Assembly (NCBI GenBank): GCA_039179045.1
Contig: JBCDEZ010000040.1
Span: 1 to 11,933, forward strand
Source of the DNA: Chlamydiota bacterium
GTDB lineage: Bacteria; Chlamydiota; Chlamydiia; Chlamydiales; SM23-39
Length of the DNA stretch: 11,933 nt
Direction: 5' to 3'
Every line of letters starts with the position of its first letter. The stretch's first letter is position 1. Both the position numbers and the translations under genes were made by a program. Under the pieces are notes generated by a model. The model was not told the DNA's origin. It ran no database searches and saw only the letters and a list, made by a program, of their open reading frames with translations. Below are positions 6,827-11,933 of this stretch, piece after piece.

Positions 6827-7955
6827 CTTCTTGATCTTGCAGCCTCATGGGCATGATCACAAACTGGCTGGTTGTGGAATCTGTAATGAGACCTGGGTTG
6901 AACGAGTCATTCATGGCCAGCGTGATGCAATCATCGGTTAGCCTGCGCAAAATATCGATGAGGTAGGCAGGATTGAAAGCAATTTCGAGTTTCTCTCCCG
7001 AGAAGTTCACAGGCATGCTTACAACTCCCTCGCCGATGCTACTCGCCATTGCTTTGAGCGTGAGCTCTTCTTGATCAAAAATGAACCGAACAGACTGGTT
7101 GCTATCTGATGTGAATAGAGAAACTTGCTTGAGGAGTGATAAGAGCTCTTCACGGTGCAATGAGATAGAGTGGGTAGGAGACTTTGGGATCACTTTCTGT
7201 ACATCGGGGTATTGTCCCGAGAGGAGTTTGGTAATCAAGATGCCTGAGGTGATTTCGAATGAGGCTTTTTCCTCTCCTAACCCTATCTGCACAATTTCCT
7301 CAGGGTTGTCCAAAATTCTTAGGAGCTCTTCTACAGATTTTACGGGAAGAATCGAAGAGGTGTCTCCAAGGGGCGTTCCCTCTAGTTTATAGGTGGTTCT
7401 CGCAAGCCTTTTTCCGTCGGTCCCAGTGAAGGTGAGTGTGCCCGATTTGCTCTCCACGAAAACACCATTTAGCGAATAGCGGCTGTCCTCTCTAGCAGCG
7501 CAAAAAGCGCTGCGAACGAGCAGCTCTTTCAAATGTAGCGCACAGATAGGAACTGTATCTAGAGCATCGCAGTGAGGAAGGGGAGGAAATTGGCTGTAGT
7601 GCGTGCCGTGGATTTTGAAGATGGAACTGCCCGCAATGATCTCGATTGATTGCTGATCTTTGCTCACAATTTCTACCTGTGAGGAGCGCAACTCGCGCAG
7701 CAGCTGAAAAAATCTTCTCGCAGGCAAAGCAACTTGCCCCTTTTTTTTTACGGTAGCCTTGCAGGCAAAACGGGCACTTGCAGTAGGAGACATGGCGCTG
7801 ATAACGACTTGACCACTTCCAGCACCGCCTTCGTTACCATTTGTGGCTTCGAAAAGAATGTGGCCCAAAATCGGTATGGGAGGTTTGGGGGAAATGGTGC
7901 CTTGAATATTTCCTAGCAGCAAGAGAAGTTCTTGTCTTGACATGATGACTTGCAT
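6783..7955 (-). CDS. dnaN: DNA polymerase III subunit beta (sliding clamp)
   Basis: Motifs PILGHILFEA, SRYSLNGV, GTDGKRLA, GQYPDVQKVIP, IAFNPAYLIDIL and C-terminal VIMPMRL. Confidence 0.97.
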   Translation of the reverse strand: MQVIMSRQELLLLLGNIQGTISPKPPIPILGHILFEATNGNEGGAGSGQVVISAMSPTASARFACKATVKKKGQVALPARRFFQLLRELRSSQVEIVSKDQQSIEIIAGSSIFKIHGTHYSQFPPLPHCDALDTVPICALHLKELLVRSAFCAAREDSRYSLNGVFVESKSGTLTFTGTDGKRLARTTYKLEGTPLGDTSSILPVKSVEELLRILDNPEEIVQIGLGEEKASFEITSGILITKLLSGQYPDVQKVIPKSPTHSISLHREELLSLLKQVSLFTSDSNQSVRFIFDQEELTLKAMASSIGEGVVSMPVNFSGEKLEIAFNPAYLIDILRRLTDDCITLAMNDSFNPGLITDSTTSQFVIMPMRLQDQEDDRETSVSSKAALT

Positions 7956-7994
7956 AAAATACCTTCCGTAATAGCATTGTAATGGATGTTTATC

Positions 7995-8456
7995 TCAGCG
8001 GGGCTTCATCGCCCGTTCCATCGACCGCTTGTCTTCTTGTTCCTTGATTTTCTCACGCTTATCGTGTTGCTTTTTGCCTTTACCAAGAGCAATATCGACT
8101 TTGAAGAGCTTGGATTGGGTGAGATGGATATTGAGCGGAATGATTGTAAGATGCTTCTCTTGAGACTTTTGCCTTATTTTAAGGATCTGTTTTTTATGCA
8201 ACAAGAGTTTTCGCGGGCGGGTTTGTAGATGATTGTGCAAGTTGCCATGAGAATAGGGGGCAATCCAAAGACCGATAAGGAAAAGCTCGGTTCCCTTGAC
8301 CTGTACATAGCTGTCTTGCATTTGAACTTTATGCTCGCGCAAAGATTTCACTTCGGTTCCCTGCAGCACAATGCCCGCCTCCCACACTTCGAGAATCGTG
8401 TAATCGTGGTAGGCTTTACGATTCTTCACCACAGTTGCGTTAGATTGTTTGGCCAT
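7995..8456 (-). CDS. smpB: SsrA-binding protein SmpB (153 aa; start corrected to ATG at 8456)
   Basis: Motifs NRKAYHDY, EAGIVLQGTEVKSLR, RPRKLLLHK and GKGKKQHDKRE. Strong SD (GGGGGAGG) just before ATG 8456. Confidence 0.97.
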   Translation of the reverse strand: MAKQSNATVVKNRKAYHDYTILEVWEAGIVLQGTEVKSLREHKVQMQDSYVQVKGTELFLIGLWIAPYSHGNLHNHLQTRPRKLLLHKKQILKIRQKSQEKHLTIIPLNIHLTQSKLFKVDIALGKGKKQHDKREKIKEQEDKRSMERAMKPR

Positions 8457-8517
8457 GCCTCCCCCTTCTTGAAATAAAAGAGATCCATGGAGCGGTTTTT
8501 TGGGCCTTTTTTCCCAC

Positions 8518-8544
8518 GCAAGGAAAGCTCTTTGCAAGGAAAGC
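8518..8544. repeat. 11-bp direct repeat upstream of smpB
   Basis: GCAAGGAAAGC occurs at 8518-8528 and 8534-8544 (16-bp period). Confidence 0.7.
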
Positions 8545-9056
8545 CTGATATTGATTGGGTAGACACTGCAGAAGAGGCATATCTCTTTCCGAGGAGCTGG
8601 GAGAAGAGTCAAGCAGAAAAAGAGTAGTACGTAAAAACATGGGGAAAAGGGAATGCTTTTTTCCTATTTTATCTTTTTTCTGATCTTCAGGCGAGAATTT
8701 TCTGTCAGAGAAAAACAGACGGTTTGCCTCAGGGAACAGTTTCTCGCTTCCAAGGGTGCAAGACGAGATAGATCGATTTCACTTGAAGAATTGCGTGAAG
8801 CAGAAGAGTAAAGAGGGGATTTATTTGGGTCTGTTTCCTCAATTCTTGCAAAATTTGTGGACTATAAACTCTCCAAAAACTCCCTCTTTTTGCCTAACAC
8901 AACTCTTTAGCCGAGAGGGGGACGAACGCTCTTTTGCTAGCAATGCGAATCGATCTGCTTTGTACTCAAAGGATAGAAAAAATATCCAGATGTCTACAGA
9001 AATACCATCAGCGCAAGTGCGGGGTCTCATCTTTTAAGGGAAGGTCCGAAAACCAA

Positions 9057-10439
9057 TCATGAGACAAAGAACATATGCCCAAAATCACTCAAACAAAAGC
9101 AAGGTTTTCCATATAGGGATCCTACGTGTACTTTGCCACATTGAAAGAGCCCAATGAAAATTGAGGTGCGAAGTGCCTCTACTTCTTTTTCTGAATATTG
9201 GGGAAGACGGTAGCGCCAGCTTTTGGGAGTCACATTTTCGAGAGTGACTTTTTGCTCTTCAGTAAATGCAATGAATGAGTGGCGGAGAAAGTCTTCGAAG
9301 TAGACCCATCCCTTTCCCACAAGCTTTGCTAAACTCCTCTCAATTTCTCTATGATAGCGCTCTTGCAAAGAATCTTCGATATCCTGGAAAAACTCTATTT
9401 TTGCACAGCGAAGCAAGTACAAAGCGCGCTTTTCCGCATCCAAAGCAAGGAATGCTTTCCCCTCCTTTCGTAAAGAGAAGTGAGGAGATAGGCTTGCTAA
9501 GTCCAGTGCGCAGATCGAAGATCTGAGCATTTCTACGTACTCATGGGATGCTTGGTTCCTAGGTAACTGAAGATCGTGCAGGATCTGGGCAGAGTCCAGA
9601 GGTGCTTCTTGTCCAGCTTTTTGCAAAATGTGACCTAGATCCGTTACGAATGCGAAGGGAGCCGGTCGCAGCTGCTCGATGAGTTGTTTGTTAAAAATAG
9701 GGCGGGGTCGAAGTGCTTGCTCCTTTCTTAAGAATTCTTGCCATTCATAAAAAGGGGTAAGGATCTCTTCCCACACGTCGCCTACTCTCGTGTAGCTCAG
9801 GAAACAAATGAAATGGAATTCTAAGTAGAGAATGCTCTCGTGCAGTTCTTGCTCGCTCAGATCACAATTCTTTTGGAGGTCCGACAGGTATAAAGTCTGT
9901 TCAGGATGGGAAAAGAGCTCTTCGATGATCTTCGCAAAAAAGGAACTTTGCGCGCTGATCTCCTCACAGTGCCGCTCGTAGATTTGGGGCGTTTTTAAGA
10001 ATTTCTCCACGATTGAGTGGAAGATATGGTTCGAACTTTTTGGGATGGAATACCAAGCCGGCAGAATATGGATGGGGACTTTTTTCAACAGATGGTGCAA
10101 GTATCCCAAATCGGGACGAAAATCCTCATCGAATTTGAGCAGCTCTATTTCATAATATTTGCGCCGTTCTTTATGCACGTGTACCGAGCCTTTTCCAAGA
10201 GTGTACAAACCAAGAGACTCTCCCTTTTTAAGAGCTCTTGTCAACTCTTCGCAAGAGAGATGAGGAAGCTGCTGTTGTAGATGGGTTATGGGAATATCGA
10301 GGCGATGAAATAGGATCTCTTGGAGTAACTCTACCTCTGTAATCGATAAGCGAGATAAGAGCAAACGATTAGAAATGTCTAGCCTGCAGTCATAATCTTG
10401 CAAATGAACCTTACTTTTTTTAACTGTCGTACGCATCAT
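9057..10439 (-). CDS. Hypothetical protein, 460 aa, with possible tandem winged-helix domains (start corrected to ATG 10439 or 10436)
   Basis: Long ORF. The 65-codon upstream extension in the ORF track is Phe/Leu-rich AT-rich spacer and overlaps the divergent gene, so MMRTTVKKSKVHLQDY is the likelier start. No enzyme motif recognised. Confidence 0.88.
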   Translation of the reverse strand: MMRTTVKKSKVHLQDYDCRLDISNRLLLSRLSITEVELLQEILFHRLDIPITHLQQQLPHLSCEELTRALKKGESLGLYTLGKGSVHVHKERRKYYEIELLKFDEDFRPDLGYLHHLLKKVPIHILPAWYSIPKSSNHIFHSIVEKFLKTPQIYERHCEEISAQSSFFAKIIEELFSHPEQTLYLSDLQKNCDLSEQELHESILYLEFHFICFLSYTRVGDVWEEILTPFYEWQEFLRKEQALRPRPIFNKQLIEQLRPAPFAFVTDLGHILQKAGQEAPLDSAQILHDLQLPRNQASHEYVEMLRSSICALDLASLSPHFSLRKEGKAFLALDAEKRALYLLRCAKIEFFQDIEDSLQERYHREIERSLAKLVGKGWVYFEDFLRHSFIAFTEEQKVTLENVTPKSWRYRLPQYSEKEVEALRTSIFIGLFQCGKVHVGSLYGKPCFCLSDFGHMFFVS

Positions 10440-10545
10440 AAAAACCAAAACCTGCCCGTGAAAAATAAAAAAAATACTAAGGAAAACCCTGATTGTTGAC
10501 AAGAAGAGGGAAAATCGCTCAAAAGAAAAAAAAGGGAGCATACGT

Positions 10546-11373
10546 ATGAGCAGTAGATGGAAAGAGACTTGGATCAAGATTTGTTGTGTGGGCAATAGCG
10601 CCCTACTTCTAACGCTTTGCTTAGCTGGATTCAAAGACGCGAACCAGGAAGTACTCTATGCGAAAACTCTGGTTCTCCAAAATGAAGACAGAAGTTGTTC
10701 GATTGAGATTAGCTGCTCCAATAACGAGCCAAAGTTCTCGATGAATCGCCCCGATGTCGGTACGTCTATTGAGCTTGTTGCGGGAAAAAGCCCGCAGCTA
10801 GCGATGCGAGCAGGGCACCGTTCTTTGATCGAAATGCGAGAAGAGGGAGATACAGGAGCAATCTCTTTGGGGAACGCAAAGAGCGGGGCGCACATGGATT
10901 TAAAAGGGGGTACTGGCACAGGTCTTTTCATCAAAAATGGAGAGGGGCGTGTGATTGGCACTTGGACTATGCTGCAAGATGGGGGTACAGGAATTGGTCT
11001 TGCAAGTGGTAGAGGAGTTGCTGCATCCATTTTGCGAGGGGGAGACAATCCCAGCGTCTCATTTTTCTCCCCCAATAGCGAGCCGATGGCAGCAATGGGG
11101 ATGGTACAAAAAGTGCCCCACTTGCTCATATCGGGACGCTCTGGGAGTGAGGGGATCTTGATGCACGGAGGAGTTCCCTCCAGCATGCTCTTTGTCGATG
11201 AAGTGGGAAAGGTGAAGATTCTGATCTCAAAAAACGGAGTTTTCCAAGGACAGGGTTCTCCTAAAGGACCTCAAAAATCAGAAAAACAAAAAGCCTTCGC
11301 TTTAGAAGACACGGAACTTCTGTTTCCAGAACAAAAGGATCTGATTTCTCTACAAGAGCGGAAAGAATCTTAA
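10546..11373 (+). CDS. Hypothetical exported or membrane-anchored protein with Gly-rich beta repeats
   Basis: AAGGGAG RBS and ATG start. Basic N-terminus followed by a hydrophobic segment (ICCVGNSALLLTLCLAGF). The body consists of repeated ~21-aa beta-strand/Gly-turn units. Confidence 0.88.
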   Translation: MSSRWKETWIKICCVGNSALLLTLCLAGFKDANQEVLYAKTLVLQNEDRSCSIEISCSNNEPKFSMNRPDVGTSIELVAGKSPQLAMRAGHRSLIEMREEGDTGAISLGNAKSGAHMDLKGGTGTGLFIKNGEGRVIGTWTMLQDGGTGIGLASGRGVAASILRGGDNPSVSFFSPNSEPMAAMGMVQKVPHLLISGRSGSEGILMHGGVPSSMLFVDEVGKVKILISKNGVFQGQGSPKGPQKSEKQKAFALEDTELLFPEQKDLISLQERKES

Positions 11374-11384
11374 AAAGACTCTAT

Positions 11385-11666
11385 TCAAAGCGCATCTTTT
11401 CTAGAGGCGCTTTCGTTCTTATTTTGCTTGTTTTCCAACCATGCAACGATGGCATCTGATTCGTACAAAGCTTTTTTCTCATCTTGATCTGTAGTGTAGA
11501 CAAGGCAGGGCACCTGTCTTTTGCCTCCAATTTCGATCAGCTCGCTTGCGTAAGCGCTATTCTCATCCAAATCTTTCCTGGAAACCTCTTCCTTCCAGTC
11601 CTTGAGTGCATCGAGTACCTTTGTACAAAAAGGGCAGGTTCTTCTGTAAAATAGGGTAAGTGACAT
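11385..11666 (-). CDS. Glutaredoxin-like protein (thioredoxin fold, GST-N/Grx family)
   Basis: CPFC active site, GGKRQVPCL cis-Pro motif and LYESDAIVAWL. GGAG RBS before the ATG. Confidence 0.92.
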   Translation of the reverse strand: MSLTLFYRRTCPFCTKVLDALKDWKEEVSRKDLDENSAYASELIEIGGKRQVPCLVYTTDQDEKKALYESDAIVAWLENKQNKNESASRKDAL

Positions 11667-11822
11667 GCAATATCTCCAAATTCATAAGAAGATAGATACC
11701 AAAAATGGGATTTCGATGCGAGAAGATTGCTGATCCAAACAAAGCAAAACGGAAAAAAGGATGTTTTGGAGTGTGTCTGAAGAAAAAAAATCCGAGAACA
11801 AAAATAGACTCCAGAACTACTT

Positions 11823-11888
11823 CTAAAACGTTTTAGGTAACATTTTATTATTTTAAACACCAAAAAAATCCGATAAATTTGATTTTTT
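11823..11888. promoter_or_regulatory. Palindrome and inverted repeat in an AT-rich intergenic region (possible operator sites)
   Basis: Perfect 14-bp palindrome CTAAAACGTTTTAG at 11823-11836 and inverted repeat AAAAAATC-N10-GATTTTTT at 11863-11888. Function is not demonstrated. Confidence 0.35.
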
Positions 11889-11933
11889 ATTTCATATAGT
11901 ATATATATATTAATATAAGGTAATGCTTTAGAA

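Noticed and set aside
2113..8477. Many antisense or alternate-frame ORFs (e.g. 2113-2418, 5176-5625, 5541-6176, 6292-6738, 7081-7392, 7986-8228)
   Set aside because: They are shadows of well-supported genes (exbBD, pgi, recF, dnaN, smpB) and show no recognisable motifs.
8457..8612. 52-codon N-terminal extension of SmpB given in the ORF track
   Set aside because: SmpB similarity starts at MAKQ, and a strong SD precedes ATG 8456.
8756..9037. 93-aa GTG-start ORF as a confident CDS
   Set aside because: No recognisable motif and only a weak RBS. It is kept only as part of the intergenic finding.
8457..9056. tmRNA (ssrA) or oriC next to smpB/dnaN
   Set aside because: No tRNA-like tmRNA ends are visible. 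The closest DnaA-box-like site I saw (TGTGGACTA near 8856) has two mismatches and stands alone.
10440..10634. Hydrophobic N-terminal extension of the 525-aa ORF as a membrane anchor
   Set aside because: It comes from T-rich spacer sequence on the minus strand and overlaps the divergent gene starting at 10546.
10656..11186. 176-aa minus-strand ORF
   Set aside because: It is the Pro-rich antisense mirror of the Gly-rich plus-strand gene, which has an RBS and a signal-like N-terminus.
11537..11863. 108-aa minus-strand ORF
   Set aside because: It is a Phe/Ser-rich translation of AT-rich spacer that overlaps the glutaredoxin-like gene out of frame.

Overview
This is mostly a housekeeping chromosomal window. 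The smpB-dnaN-recF order, with no dnaA or gyrB adjacent, suggests a member of the Chlamydiae, probably an environmental lineage (inference). From left to right it holds: a short accessory stretch (~1-1800) with a 112-aa orphan ORF carrying a 42-bp tandem duplication, a decayed IS5-family transposase, tRNA-Leu(TAG) and an unexplained ~500-bp gap; a stand-alone exbB/exbD-type pair; a ~300-aa hypothetical gene whose stop codon lies inside the antisense 3' end of tRNA-Pro(TGG); pgi converging on smpB-dnaN-recF; a 600-bp gap; a 460-aa protein that looks like tandem winged helices; a divergent membrane-anchored protein built of ~21-aa beta repeats; a CPFC glutaredoxin-like gene; and an AT-rich end with palindromes. 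I see no CRISPR array, prophage or defence system and cannot support a claim of a new multi-gene system. The best leads are the two uncharacterised proteins at 9057-11373, the CDS/tRNA overlap and the TonB-less ExbBD pair.
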